Source: Anaeramoeba ignava BMAN (lineage: Eukaryota > Protista > Anaeramoebae). Taken from it: a stretch of 64,000 nucleotides of DNA. Positions 13,237 through 27,089 of this stretch are shown piece after piece. Location: assembly GCA_028826165.1 (NCBI GenBank), contig JAPDFW010000067.1, positions 310,001 through 374,000 on the forward strand, given 5' to 3'. Every line of letters begins with the position of its first letter. Positions within the stretch are counted from its first letter, which is position 1. Under the pieces are notes generated by a model. It had not been told where the DNA came from. It ran no database searches and saw only the letters and a program-made list of their open reading frames with translations. The position numbers and the translations under genes were made by a program.

Positions 13237-16200
13237 ATGTCAAAAAAAACTAGAAAAATCCATCAACATCATTTAACGGAATTATCCAAACTTTTAAGAA
13301 AAGATGGAAAACAAAAAACATTTAACAATTTAAATCAAAACGGATTTGTTTTAGTATCAAACCCATCAAACTCATCAAATATAATAAGAAAAATAGGGCA
13401 TTCAATAGATCAAAGCAACGAAAATTTAAATTACAAAGAAATTCTTAAAAACAGAATAAAATTCACAACTTTTTTAACAAGAGAAAAATTAAGTTTGAAA
13501 TTCCATCAACGAATACAAGCAGATTCATGCGATAATTGCAACTCAATATTCACTGAACTCAACAAAAAGCATTTGTGTGATATTTGTGGAGGCTTTTTTT
13601 GTTCTCAATGTGTTAAATTTATAGTTACAGAATCTTTTGGTTTTGACTCTGAAATTTGTACTTGTGAAAATTGTTCAATTCAATTTGAAAATTATCAAAA
13701 AAAACCAAATTATCCAAATCAAATCGTTGGAAATCAACAGTCAAATTTGGATATTCCTAATGAATATTCCCTTCAAAGTTTATCTAAAACAAATCCTTTT
13801 CCAAAAAAGTTTTTGGAACAGAAAAATCATTTTGAAAAAAATAATCTTGAAAAAAATAATCTTCAATCAAAAGAAAATATCCAAGAACTCTCACAAGAAA
13901 TCGAAATTAAAAGAAGAACAATCAACGAAATGAAAGGCGATAAGCTAAAAAAAATCAAATACAAAGAAGAATCAATTAAAGATTATGAAATTCAATTCCA
14001 AAATGCTCATTTGAAGAGATTGAAAAATAAAAATATAAAATCAGACAAGAAATTATTAAGAAGAGCAATAACGTCTCCTGAATCTTCTCTTCAAGAAATT
14101 TATCACAAACCAGAAAAAAATCGACCGATTGAAACCAATACAAAAAGAAAAAATATTTGTAAAAAAATTAAATTTGAAATTAAAATGAAACTAAATTAAA
14201 TTAAATTTTAATTTATATTTTAATTTTGAAGGTAAAATCAAGTTGCCGCAATTTAATTTCATTCGCAATTATTTTTTAACTGTTTTCAAATCACAAAATT
14301 CAGAAAAACCAAAAGAACCAAAAGAAATCATGACTAGACTCAAAAGACACATGCTTAATCTTACAGAAAATGAAAACATTCATATACAAAATATCATCAA
14401 GGAATCACTCAAACTCAAAGAACTCGATTCAGAAAAATGGACTGAAATCATTTCCTTGATTTCGGAAGAAGCAGACTCAATCATCCAAAAATATTTGAAC
14501 GATACTTACTCAAAAACACATCAAATAAGAACACCTTTTAATACAGAAAACAGCGCAGAAAATCAGAACAAAAACATTGATATCAACTTCGGAATCAAGG
14601 AGCATTTAAAAATCAAGCGAATTTCAGGCGGAAATCCAATGGATTCGGAGATGATCAACGGAATCATTTTTTCCAACAACGTGATCCACAAAAAAATGAG
14701 AACTTATATTAAAAATCCAAGAGTATTATTATTTAAAGGGTTTATCGACTATTGCCACAACTTCAAATATCCTGAAAATATATTTGCTTTCTCTTCAGAA
14801 ACGAACAAGCAAAACCAGTTGAGAATTTTTTCTGTGGATTCAGTTCTGATGAACGAGAAAAAATTTCTGAATGAAATTGCTGATCAAATTATTGAATTGA
14901 AACCAGACCTTATTTTTGTGGAGAAGTCAATGTCAGGAATTGTCATTGACACGTTGTGCCAACATAACATCACGGTGATTGTCAATGTCAAGATTAAGAT
15001 ACTCACAAAATTAGCAGAATTCACAGGCACAAAAATTATTGAATCACTTAAAGAAGAACTACAATCATCGCAAGTCGGAACCTGCCAAGAATTCTTTATA
15101 TATTCATTTCCTTCTGAAGTTTATCAGAAACCCTTTTTGAATAGGATTTCCAACCAAGAATATGGGATTATTGAAGAAAAACCTCCATCAGGAAAAACTA
15201 TTGTTTGTGTTCGTGATACAAACATAAAGGTTCCAAATTGCTCAATAATTTTGCGAGGAGAATCAAACGAGCAACTCTCCAAAATCAAGGAAATTGTTAA
15301 ATTCGCTGTTTTTCTTTATCGAAATGCCTTTTTGGAATCTCATTTATATTTTGAATTAAGAGGAACTTTTTCATCCAAATTTGATCACAAAAACCATCAA
15401 AATTCTCAATCAAGAATCCTCTCAACTTCTCCCCATATTAATTTTCTTTCGCAGATAATTGTTAAAAAGCGGGTCGAGTGCGAAAAGCAATCAGAAAATG
15501 AAACTCAAAAATTGTTGGTTAAGGATGTAATGGGAGAGAAAGAAAAGCAAAAGCAAAAGCAAAGACAAACAAAGAAAAGATCCAAATTAAATTTTATAAC
15601 AAAAAGAATTCAAGAAGTTTTGAATTCGGGACAATCAAAAGATGAGCAAAAACCACAAATTTCAGAAGGAGAAGAAGAAGAAAAAAAGAAGAATGAAAAT
15701 ATAAGTGAAAATATAAGTGAAAATATAAGTGAAAATGAAAATGAAAATGAAAGTGAAAATGAAAATGAAAATCAAAGTGAAAATGAAAATGAAAATATAA
15801 ATGAAAATGATCCAAAATTGCAAAATTCAAGTTTGAAATTTGAAATATCTCTGTCATTAGAAGAAGAGAAAATCAAGATTATTGATGAATCAAGAAGAGA
15901 TCTTTTTCAGCATTTGAGCATCATTTTTCTCACTACAAATTGGAGAAAGCAGTATTCTCTTGGAAAGAAAGAAGGAATTGAGAAGACAATATTGCAGAAA
16001 AAAATGATATATTATTACAAAAGAACAGACATGACATTAGGACAATTTTTGGAAAACGAATGCTTTTCAAATGAGCACTATTTGGAGTTGGAAGATATCA
16101 CAAATCAAAACTCAGTAAAAACACAGATAAATTTTGAAGAAAATTTAGTGAGCACTCAAAAAGGCATTTCCCTGCAAGAACCAGAACAAAAATTAATAGG

Positions 16201-18700
16201 ATATGTTCAAACAATCTTCCACAACCAAGATTGTTTGTGGATATTCTTGCAGAAACAGGGAAATCATTCTTTATTAAAAAATTCAAACTCAAATATCCAA
16301 ATTTGGACATATTGTCCGTTATGCCAAAAAAGCACAGAACCTATTGCTTTATCATCTGATAGCTGGATGTATTCTTTTGGCAAATTTCTTGAGATTACGT
16401 TTTACGACAAAAACCTGCAAACGCAAAAGGATATCACTCTTAAAACATGCAATCACTCCATAAACGATACACACTTTAAATTCTTTGCCTTTAAAGGAAT
16501 GGTTGCTTGCTTTATTCACGAAAAAATACAAGTTTTGGATATTGTTTTTTCATCTTCAAATTACAAATCAATCCAAACTCAAAAATTTGTCGAATCAGCC
16601 AAACAATTCATGACAGCATTGATTGATGTGATGATTCAAAACAGCTATTTATATATCACCAAAAAAATACAGAAATATCAATTTATTCTTGAAAATATAA
16701 ACAGAAAAAAAAATATCACTTTCTCAAAACAAGAAATTGAAGAACAAGAGAAATTGCTATTAAAACTGTCGCAATATTCAGGTTTTATCAAAGAAGAAAA
16801 AGAGATCTTTGATAAGCAAATTACTAATCCTCATTTGAAACCCTTTAGAACTAACCAAATTAAGCAGAGTTTATTCCAAACAATTTTGAAGTGGAGTGGA
16901 ATTTTTGATTCAGTAAAAGAAAAAATCAAAAAACAACTTAAACAGAAGGAGAAGTATCAACAACAAAAGCAGCAGCAAGACTACGATCAAAAATATAATC
17001 GACATTCAAGCGAAAACCAAATACAAACCCAAAATGAAAATCAAAATCAAAATGAAAACGAAAATCAAAATCAAAATCAAAATCAAAATCAAAATCAAAA
17101 TCAAAATCAAAATCAAAATCAAAATCAAAATCAAAATCAAAATCAAAATCAAAATCAAAATCAAAACGAAAATGAAAAAACTCTCTCTATAAAAACCACT
17201 GAATCAAAAATCTTCAAAATGATACAAGAAAGAGATTACTTTGATATTGGGTATAAATACCAAAGCGATGATAACGAAGATAGTGATGATACATCTGATC
17301 AAGAATTCATTGCAGTAAAAAAAGAACCGAAAAAAACTGCGAACATGAAAGAAAAAGAAAAAGAAAAAGAAAAAGAAACCAAAAATGACATGTTAGCGAA
17401 ACAACCTCAATACAACATCGACAAACTAATCCAAGAAATATATTATGACATTGCACCAGATGAAGTACCTGATTTGAATTCGCTTCTTGAAAAGGAATCA
17501 AAATCTTGCGTGCATATTTCCTGCGGAATTAAAAACAGATTGGTTGTGATTTATCCCTCTGATCCAATCTCAGTTGTCGCTCATAGTTTAAACTCATCAG
17601 AGTATCGGAGCGGATTGAAAGAATTGGGGAAGTTAATTTCATCAGGATACCAGGAAAAAAACATTAGTTTGTTCAGGAAGTTCATAGTTTCCGAGGATAA
17701 AAACTCGATCATAATATCAAACAACGATAGCCAAACAAAATTGAAAGTGGATTGCATTGTGTTTTATTCAAAACAATTCGAGGCATTAAGAAGAATATTT
17801 TTTGCGCAAACAGGAATTTCTCACTCAGATTTTATTCATTCAATCACAAAAAGCAGGAAAATCAAGGAACTTAAAGAACATCAAGAATCAAGTTCTCTTA
17901 AAGAATCAACAATGTCAATTACTCTTGATGGTCGTTTTTTGGTGAAGAAAATCACTCGTTCGCAATTTTTGTCATTTACCCAAATGGAAAAGAATTATTT
18001 CCAATATATGGAAAAGAAAATTTACGAGGGACTTCCCTCAATGCTAGTTCAAATATTGGGACTGTTCAGAATCACTTTGATTCAAGAAAAAAAAGCAGAA
18101 ACTCACGACTTGATAATTATGGAAAATATTTTCAACGGAAGATCAGTTTCCAAAATTTACTACTTAAAATTCCAAGAAAAGAAAAGAAAAGAAGCTGAAA
18201 ATCAACCCAGCGAAATTAATTACTACGACCCTCAAGATTTGGAGTCAGGAAACAAGCAGGAAAATGAAGAAACAAATCCACAAAATGCTTTTTCCAATTT
18301 TTTGAACTTGAATGATGCGAAAAATTCCATTTTTGGAACACCTTTTCTTTGTGACGAAGTGGCAAAAAGCAAGCTAATTGTTCATGTTGCAAATGATACC
18401 TTATTTCTTTCCAAGATGGGGATTGTGGATTATTTACTTGTTGTTGGAATTGATGAAATTCAACATGAATTTGTAGTTGGAATAATTGATTATTTTAAAC
18501 AATCTTCATCTGATAAAAGTTCAGGTTTGAAACTTATCCAAGAAAAACTTTTTAAGAAGAAAAAAACTGTTTCAGAAGATGATTACAAATCTAATTTCAG
18601 ACAAGGAGTTGCGAAATATTTTGTTTCTATTCCACATAAATTTTCAGTTCGACCAAATACAAAACAAAATTTAAGAAAGAAGAATTTTTATCAGAATTGA
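13237..18700 (+). CDS. FAB1: Fab1/PIKfyve-like PI3P 5-kinase family protein (FYVE, CCT-like and PIPK domains); exons 13237-14158 and 14232-18700
   Basis: FYVE-type Cys pattern (CDNC...KKHLCDICGGFFCSQC...CENC). CCT-like region KIKRISGG...GIIFSNNVIHKKM...NPRVLL. Also SFGKFLE, and C-terminal NDTLFLS...VDYLLVVG...VGIIDY. Confidence 0.9.
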
Positions 18701-18857
18701 TTTAGATTAAATTAAATATTGATTTAAATTAAATATTGAATTGATTTCTTTTTTTTAGTTTAATTTTACTTTTTGTTTTCTTTGAGGAAACAATTTTAAA
18801 AACAAAAATAAAAACAACAAAATTATTTTTTTCATTTTCATTTTTATTTTCCCAAAA

Positions 18858-20123
18858 ATGAATCAACCAAAACCTTTTTATGAATTGAATTTAAAAGAAG
18901 AAAATATTTATAAATGGGAAGAAATTGTCACAATTGTATCAGATTTGGGATCTTTTGTATCTAAAACTGGATTTGCCGGAATGAAATTTCCCATTCAACT
19001 TTTTGCTTCAGTAGTTGGTGGACCAAAATATAAGCAAATTATGGTTGGAATGGGAGGAAAAGATACATATGTCGGAGATGAGGCAATATCCAAAACAGGA
19101 ATTTTGAATTTATATTATCCAATTCAAAGGGGAATTATTACTAATTGGGATGATTGGGAAAAAATTATTCACCATCATTTTTATAATGAATTAAGAGCTG
19201 CTCCTGAAGAGCATCCAATGCTATTTATCCAGCCACCTCTAACTTCAAAATCAGCCAAAGAGAAGATTCTCCAAATCATGATGGAAACTTTTTGTGTTCC
19301 TGCTTTTTATTCAGCTAATCCAGCTGTTTTATCTTTATTTGCTTTGGGAAAGAAAACAGGAATTGTTTTGGAAAGTGGAGCTGCTGTTACTCATTGTGTT
19401 CCTGTTTTTCAAGGTATTGATTTACCTTATCAGACCCAAAAACTCAACTTGGGTGGAAATGATTCCTCAAAATATTTCAATCAATTATTATCCAAAAAAG
19501 GTTATTCCTTTGAAAATTATTCCCAAGAAATATTCCTTAAAGAAATTAAAGAAAAATTTGCTTATGTTTCCTTTGATTTTCAAGAAGAAATGATGCTTGA
19601 TGAAAAAAAAATTCAAATTGAAAAAGAAGATCTTGAGAATCGCAAGTTTATTTTCGGAAAAGAACTTTTTCAAGTTCCAGAAATTCTTTTTCAACCTTCT
19701 TTATTTCAAAATGAAAATGAAAATCAAAATCAAAATCAAAATGAAAATGAAAATCAAAATGAAAATGAAAATCAAAATCAAAATCAAAATCAAAATCAAC
19801 AAAAAGGAATTCCTGAATTGATTTGTGATTCCATTTTAAAATGTGATAAAGATATCCAAAAAGAATTAATGAGTAATATTGTTTTATCAGGAGGATCAAC
19901 TTTATTTCCAGGTTTTGTTGAAAGATTGAGAAAAGAATTATCGAAATCAAAATTGTTTGAAGATTTGAATGATATTAATATTATAGCTCCTGATGAAAGA
20001 AGATTTTTAAGTTGGATCGGAGGATCATGTTTAGGTTATAATTCTGTTTTTGAAAAGATGTGGGTTTCAAACGAAGAATATGATGAATATGGACCAACAA
20101 TGATACATAAAAAATGTTTTTGA
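18858..20123 (+). CDS. Divergent actin / actin-related protein, intronless, with an N/Q/E insertion
   Basis: DLGSFVSKTGFAG, YPIQRGIITNWDDWEKI, IVLSGGSTLFPG, WIGGS, C-terminal HKKCF. Confidence 0.92.
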   Translation: MNQPKPFYELNLKEENIYKWEEIVTIVSDLGSFVSKTGFAGMKFPIQLFASVVGGPKYKQIMVGMGGKDTYVGDEAISKTGILNLYYPIQRGIITNWDDWEKIIHHHFYNELRAAPEEHPMLFIQPPLTSKSAKEKILQIMMETFCVPAFYSANPAVLSLFALGKKTGIVLESGAAVTHCVPVFQGIDLPYQTQKLNLGGNDSSKYFNQLLSKKGYSFENYSQEIFLKEIKEKFAYVSFDFQEEMMLDEKKIQIEKEDLENRKFIFGKELFQVPEILFQPSLFQNENENQNQNQNENENQNENENQNQNQNQNQQKGIPELICDSILKCDKDIQKELMSNIVLSGGSTLFPGFVERLRKELSKSKLFEDLNDINIIAPDERRFLSWIGGSCLGYNSVFEKMWVSNEEYDEYGPTMIHKKCF

Positions 20124-20870
20124 TTTTTGATTTTTGATTTAATTTGATTTGATTTTGATTTGATTTGATTTTATTTTGATTTTTAATTTTTAATTTTTAA
20201 TTTTTGATTTTTGATTTTTGATTTTGATTTTTAATTTTTAATTTTTAATTTTTGATTTTTGATTTATGATTTTTTTGATTTTTGATTTTTGATTTTTGAT
20301 TTTTGATTTTTGATTTTTGATTTTTGATTTTTGATTTGATTTGATTTAATTTAATTTAATTTGATTTGATTTGATTTGATTTGATTTAATTTGATTTGAT
20401 TTAATTTGATTTGATTTAATTTGATTTAATTTGATTTAATTTGATTTGATTTGATTTTGATTTAATTTTTGAAATGAATTTATGATTTTTGATTTGATTT
20501 AATTTGATTTAATTTGGTTTGATTTGATTTGATTTGATTTTTAATTTGATTTGATTTGATTTGATTTGATTTTTGATTTGATTTGATTTGATTTGATTTA
20601 ATTTGATTTAATTTGATTTGATTTGATTTTTGATTTGATTTTTGAAATGAATTTATGATTTTTGATTTGATTTAATTCGATTTAATTTGGTTTGATTTGA
20701 TTTGATTTGATTTAATTTGATTTAATTTGATTTAATTTGATTTGATTTGATTTGATTTGATTTTTGATTTGATTTGATTTGATTTGATTTAATTTGATTT
20801 GATTTGATTTGATTTGATTTTTGATTTGATTTGATTTGATTTGATTTGATTTTTGAAATGAATTTATGAT
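20124..20870. repeat. Intergenic simple repeat (TTTGA/TTTTTGA)n
   Basis: Direct reading. Confidence 0.9.
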
Positions 20871-21053
20871 TTTGCTTTATTTTTTTTTGAGGAATTTTTC
20901 TTTAGGAAGAAAAAAAAAAAACCGGAAAAAAAAAATGAGTCTAAAAAAAGAAAAAAGGAAAAGGAAAAGGAAAAGGAAAGTAAAAGAGAAGAAGAATCAA
21001 GGAAAACTTTTTTTAAAAAAAGCAAATGAAAGAAAGAAAGAAAGAAAGAAAGA

Positions 21054-24000
21054 TTAAAATCTTGCGCCTCTTGTGGGTCTTAGCATTTGTTTTTGTTGTT
21101 GAATTTGTTTGTTTTGTTCTTCACTTGAATTAGGATTTTTAACGGTTTGATCGACAGAAAGAATCAAACAAGCAGCTTCAGTAGCTGCATTAATAGCGTT
21201 TCTTTTGATTAAACTTGGTTCCCAAACGAAAGTTTTAAAAGTGTCACAAACATCTTCATTATCAATATCAACGCCGATCCACATTTTATCAGGATTTGGA
21301 TCAGCATGTTCTTTTCTGAGCTTATTAAGAATAGCCATTGCATCAAAACCCGCGTTTTCTGCGAGTTGTTTTGGTGTTATTTCTAATGCTTTTGCAAATG
21401 CTTCGATTAAAATTTGTTCTTTTCCAAAAATTTTTTTTGCGTGTTCAATTAAATATCGACTTAATTCCATCTCAATGGCTCCTCCTCCAGCAACAATTGT
21501 GTTGTTTTTAATTGCTCTTTTTACTATCATGATTGAATCGTGAAGTGATCTTTCCATCTCGTTAAGGAATTGTTCTGCTCCTCCCCGTAATATTATTGTT
21601 GATGTTGATTTGTGTGGGAATCCTGATAAAATGTTGTATCTTTCTTTTCCCATTTGTTTTTCTTCCATTAGATCGCATTCTCCAAGCATTTCATGAGTTA
21701 GTTTGCTAACTGTTGATTGGATTTGTTTTCCTGTTGCTTTGCTTAATCTATTCAAGTCCTTTTTTGAATTTTTTTATTTATTTTTTTATTTATTTGAATA
21801 TTTATTTTAAATATTTTTTTGAATATTTATTTTGAATATTTTGAATATTTTGAATATTTTTTTGAATATTTATTTTGAATATTTATTTTTGAATATTTAT
21901 TTTGAATATTTATTTTTGAATATTTATTTTTGAATATTTTTAAATATTTATTTTGAATATTTATTTTGAATATTTATTTTTGAATATTTTGAATATTTTT
22001 ATTTATTTTGAATATTTATTTTTGAATATTTTTAAATATTTATTTTGAATATTTATTTTAAATATTTATTTTGAATATATATTTTAAATATTTTTAAATA
22101 TATATTTTGAATATTTTTAAATATTTATTTTGAATATTTATTTTTGAATATTTTTGAATATTTTAAATATTTTTATTTATTTTTGAATGTTTTACTTCTT
22201 CAGGAACTCTTCCTGCACAAAATACATCTCTATCTGCAAAATATTGTGTTGCTAAATCTCCAATAGCTAATCTTGATAATACAACATTTGCACCTGCTTT
22301 AACAATAGTATCTAACTTTTTATAAATAATATCCCATTCTGCATCAATAATTGATTGATATTCCTAAATAAAATTAAAAATAAATAAAAAGAAATAAAAA
22401 GAAATAAAAAGAAATTTAAAATTTAAATTAAAAATTAAAATTAAATTACTTGTGGATCTTCAATTCTAACTTCAGCTCCTGTTTTTTCACTTTTTAATTC
22501 TAATTCAACATTTAATAACGCAATTTTTGGTTTTATGAATTTTTTTGGTTGTTGTTCAAAACCAGCATATGAGAAAGTTTTTTTAAAGGCAACACCATCA
22601 ATAAACAAAGAATCTTGCATTGCACCTCCACTTACTTTCTTGATTCCAATTAAATCTAAGTCTAATAATTCTTGATCCAAATTTGTTACAGCTTTAACAA
22701 CAATTTTTGAAAAGAATTCTTTATAACTTGCTATCAATTTAGAATTTAAAGCTGTTCCTGCACATTTTTCTAGCATTTCTAGTGATTTATCTTTATCTGT
22801 TGTGTCTATTTTTACTGCAATTTCATCTATTCTTTTTAAACAAAGTTGAGCAGCTTGTCGATAACTTTTGATGATTATTTTTGGATGAACATCATCTTCA
22901 ATGTATTTTTTAGCTTGTTTAAGTAATTCATAAGCTAAAATGACTACTGTTGTTGTTCCATCACCAACCTTTAATTTAATTTTAATTTTAATTTTAATTT
23001 AAATTTTTAATTTTGATTTTTAATTTTTAATTTTAAATTTAATATTAATTTTAATTTTAATTTTAATTTTAATTTTAATTTTAATTTTAATTTTAATTTT
23101 AATTTTAATTTCAATTTTAATTTTAATATTAATTTTAATTTTGATTTTATTTTTTAATTTTAATTTTTAATTTTAATTTTAATTTTATTTTTATTTTTAA
23201 TTTTATTTTTATTTTAATTTTAATTTTAATTTTAATTTTAATTTTAATATTAATTTTAATTTTAATTTTAATTTTGATTTTGATTTTAATTTTTAATTTT
23301 GATTTTGATTTGATTTGATTTTTAATTTAATTTTTAATTTTAATATTAATTTTGATTTTAAATTTTAATTTTAATTTTAATTTTAATTTTAATTTTAATT
23401 TTTGATTTGATTTTAATTTTGATTTTATTTTTAATTTTGATTTTAATTTTAATTTTGATTTTAATTTTTAATTTAATTTTAATTTAAATTTTTAATTTTA
23501 ATTTTAAATTTGATTTTAATTTTATTTTTAATTTTAATTTTAATTTTAATTTTATTTTTATTTTTATTTTTATTTTTAATTTTAATTTTATTTTTATTTT
23601 TGATTTTAATTTTAAATTTGATTTTAAATTTAATTTTAAATTTAATTTTAATTTTAATTTTAATTTTAATTTTTGATTTTAAATTTAATATTAATTTTAA
23701 TTTTAAATTTTAATTTTAATTTTGATTTTTTCTTTTTCTTGTAATTATAAAATTTCGATATTCCAATTTTTTTTAAAAAGAAAAAAATAATTTTAACAAG
23801 ACAAAAAAGAAAAAGAAAAATAAAAAAGAAAAATAAAAATAAAATTACTTCAGCATCTTGAGATTTAGCGATATCAACCAACGTTCTTGCAGCAGGATGA
23901 ACAATATCTAAAAGATCTAATATAGTAGCACCATCATTTGAAACTGTAGAATATCTTCCAGTATTAATTAATTTATCCATTCCTCTAGGACCTAAAGTTG

Positions 24001-24121
24001 TTCTAATTGTATCAACTACAAAACTGCAAGCATTAATATTTCCAATTAAATGTTGTTTTCCTTGAGCAGTATCTGTTCCGTCTTTTAATAAAAGAATAGT
24101 TGGTTGTAGAAAATTAGACAT
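21054..24121 (-). CDS. CCT7: T-complex protein 1 subunit eta; exons 24121-23849, 22968-22450, 22363-22196, 21758-21054
   Basis: [63 protein letters not shown]. Junctions are in phase. Confidence 0.96.
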
Positions 24122-24264
24122 CTAAAAGAAAAAGAAAGAAAAAAATGAAAAATTTTTTTTAAATTTTTTTTATTTTATTTTTAATTTTTCTCCTTTTGTT
24201 TTTTTTTTATTTTTTATTTTTTCTCCTTTTTTTTTTTTTTTCATTTTTTTCATTTTTTTCAATT

Positions 24265-26209
24265 ATGAAATTTTTCTTAATTTCCTTTATTTTTGCTTTT
24301 CTTTTCTTTTCCATTTATTCCCAAGTAATTCATGTAACTCAAACAGCCAAAAACACAGATGATCGATTAACGCCTAAACCTGATATTTATTTTCAAGATA
24401 AAAAAATAAACGAAAATGAAATTATAATTGATCAAAATCAAATTTATCAAACAATTTACGGATTTGGGGGAGCATTTACAGAAGCCTGTGCAGTAAATTG
24501 GATTAAATTAAACTCTACTCTTCGGCATCAAATACTCTATGAATATTTCCACAATCTGCATTATCGAGTGGGAAGAGTTCATATAAATTCGTGTGATTTT
24601 TGTGAATCTTCTTATTCTTTTGATAATATTCCAAATGACTATGAATTGAAGAATTTCAGCTTAAGAAACGGTCATGATTTATACACTGTGATTCCGTTAA
24701 TTAAGCAAGCTCTTGAAATTGTTGATGATGAATTTAGACTTTTTGGTTCTCCTTGGAGTCCTCCTTTTTGGATGAAGCAAAATCAAAATATGAATACTTC
24801 TACTACTCCAGGTCTTATTAATTCTCCTCAGATCCATCAATCTTGGGCTTTGTATTTTAGTAAATGGATTAGTGCTTATGAAGAACAAGGAATTCCTATT
24901 TGGGGAATGTAAATTCAATTCTATTCGATTCTATTCAAATTAAAATAAAATAAATTCAATTAAAATTAATATTTAATATTCAATATTTAATTCAATTTAA
25001 TTCAATATTCAATATTCAATTCAATTCAATTCAATATTCAATATTCAATATTCAATTCAATTCAATTCAATATTCAATATTCAATTCAATTCAATTCAAT
25101 ATTCAATATTCAATTCAATTCAATACTTAATATTCAATTCAATTCAATATTTAATATTTAATTCAATTCAATTCAATATTTAATATTCAATTCAATTCAA
25201 TTCAATTCAATATTTAATTCAATTCAATTCAATATTTAATTCAATTCAATTCAATATTTAATATTTAATATTCAATTCAATATTCAATTTAATATTTAAT
25301 ATTCAATTCAATATTCAATTTAATATTTAATATTCAATTCAATTCAATTCAATTCAATTCAATATTTAATATTTAATATTCAATTCAATATTCAATTTAA
25401 TATTTAATATTTAATAAAATTAAAATCAAAATTATAATAAAAGAACAATACAAAATGAACCAGCAAATGATGCATTATGGGAATCGTGCTGTTATACAGT
25501 AGATGAAGAAGCTGATTTTCTAGCGAATTATCTTGGACCACAATTAAAAAAAGATCATCCAGATGTCAAAATCATGATGTACGATTACAACAAAGATCAC
25601 GTATACGATTGGGCGCAAGGAATATTAGGGAACCGACCTGACGCATCAAAATACGTAGACGGTGTTGCATTTCATTGGTATTCAGGATCTGAATTTGGAA
25701 ATGTTGAAAAAATTCACGATGAATTTCCCGGCTATTTTCTTTTAGCAACAGAAGCTTGTGTTTGTCCTTATACATTTGCTTATGATTGGGCAACTGGAGA
25801 ATCTTATGCATTCGATATTCTTGGTGACTTGAACTCTTGGGCTGTTGGTTGGGTCGATTGGAACCTCTGTCTTGATACTCATGGTGGCCCAAATCATTTG
25901 AATAATTTTTGTGGTTCACCTATTATGATCGATCCTGATACTCACCAGATCATTTATCAACCTGCATTTTACTATATGGGCCAAATTTCTAAATTCGTTC
26001 TTCCTGGTTCAAGAAGAATTTATTCTTATGTCTTGAATCAAAATATTGATATTGTTTCTTCTGCTTTTATCTCTCCTACTGGTGATATTGTTCTTGTTGT
26101 TTTGAATCAATCTTATGAAGAACAAAGTTTTGATATTGTTTTTAATCAAAGATATGCTAATGTTACTCTTCCTGAAAATTCAATTGCTACTTTTGTTTTT
26201 GAGAATTAA
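24265..26209 (+). CDS. Glycoside hydrolase family 30 (glucosylceramidase-like), with signal peptide; exons 24265-24908 and 25444-26209
   Basis: GFGGAFT, SPWSPPFWMK, ITIQNEP (acid/base, formed at the splice), AFHWY, LATEAC (nucleophile), WVDWNL. Confidence 0.93.
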
Positions 26210-26219
26210 TTCCTTTTGC

Positions 26220-26850
26220 AATTCCTTTTAAAATTTAATTAAATTCAATTCAAAATTTAATTCAAAATTTAATTCAAAATTTAATTAAAATTTAATTCAA
26301 AATTCAATTTAAAATTTAATTAAAATTCAATTTAAAATTTAATTAAAATTTAATTTAAAATTTAATTTAGAATTTAATTTAAAATTCCTTTTAAAATTCC
26401 ATTTAAAATTTAATTTAAAATTTAATTCAAAATTCAATTTAAAATTTAATTTAAAATTTAATTTAAAATTTAATTCAAAATTCCTATTAAAATTTAATTT
26501 AAAATTTAATTTAAAATTTAATTCAATTCCTATTAAAATTCCATTTAAAATTCCTTTTAAAATTCCTTTTAAAATTTAATTAAATTCAATTCAAATTCAA
26601 TTTAAAATTTAATTCAAATTCAATTTAAAATTTAATTAAAATTCAATTTAAAATTCAATTTAAAATTTAATTTAAAATTTAATTTAAAATTTAATTTAAA
26701 ATTTAATTTAAAATTTAATTAAAATTTAATTCAAAATTTAATTCAAAATTTAAAATTCAATTTAAAATTTAATTTAAAATTCAATTCAAAATTCAATTAA
26801 AAATTCAATTTAAAATTCCATTCAAAATTCCTTTTAAAATTCAATTTAAA
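26220..26850. repeat. Intergenic ~11-bp repeat AAAATTTAATT / AAAATTCAATT
   Basis: Direct reading. Confidence 0.85.
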
Positions 26851-27089
26851 AATAAAAATTCAAATTGAAAAAGATAAAAAAAATTGATTTTTTAATGAAA
26901 ATTTTTTGTGATTTGGTTCTTTTTGAATTTTAAAATTAGTTAAAGAGTTTTAAAAAAAAAAATATTTCGTGGTTTTTTGTTTTGTAAAAAACGGATCAAT
27001 AGTTTAGAGGAAAAAAAAAAAGATTTTGAAATTAAATGAATTTCCAAAAAAATATGGAAAAAAGAATAAGAAGAATCTAAACGAGAAAT

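Noticed and set aside
24265-26209. Lateral transfer of GH30 from bacteria
   Set aside because: GH30_1 is widespread in eukaryotes and the gene has a signal peptide and an intron. No support without a phylogeny.
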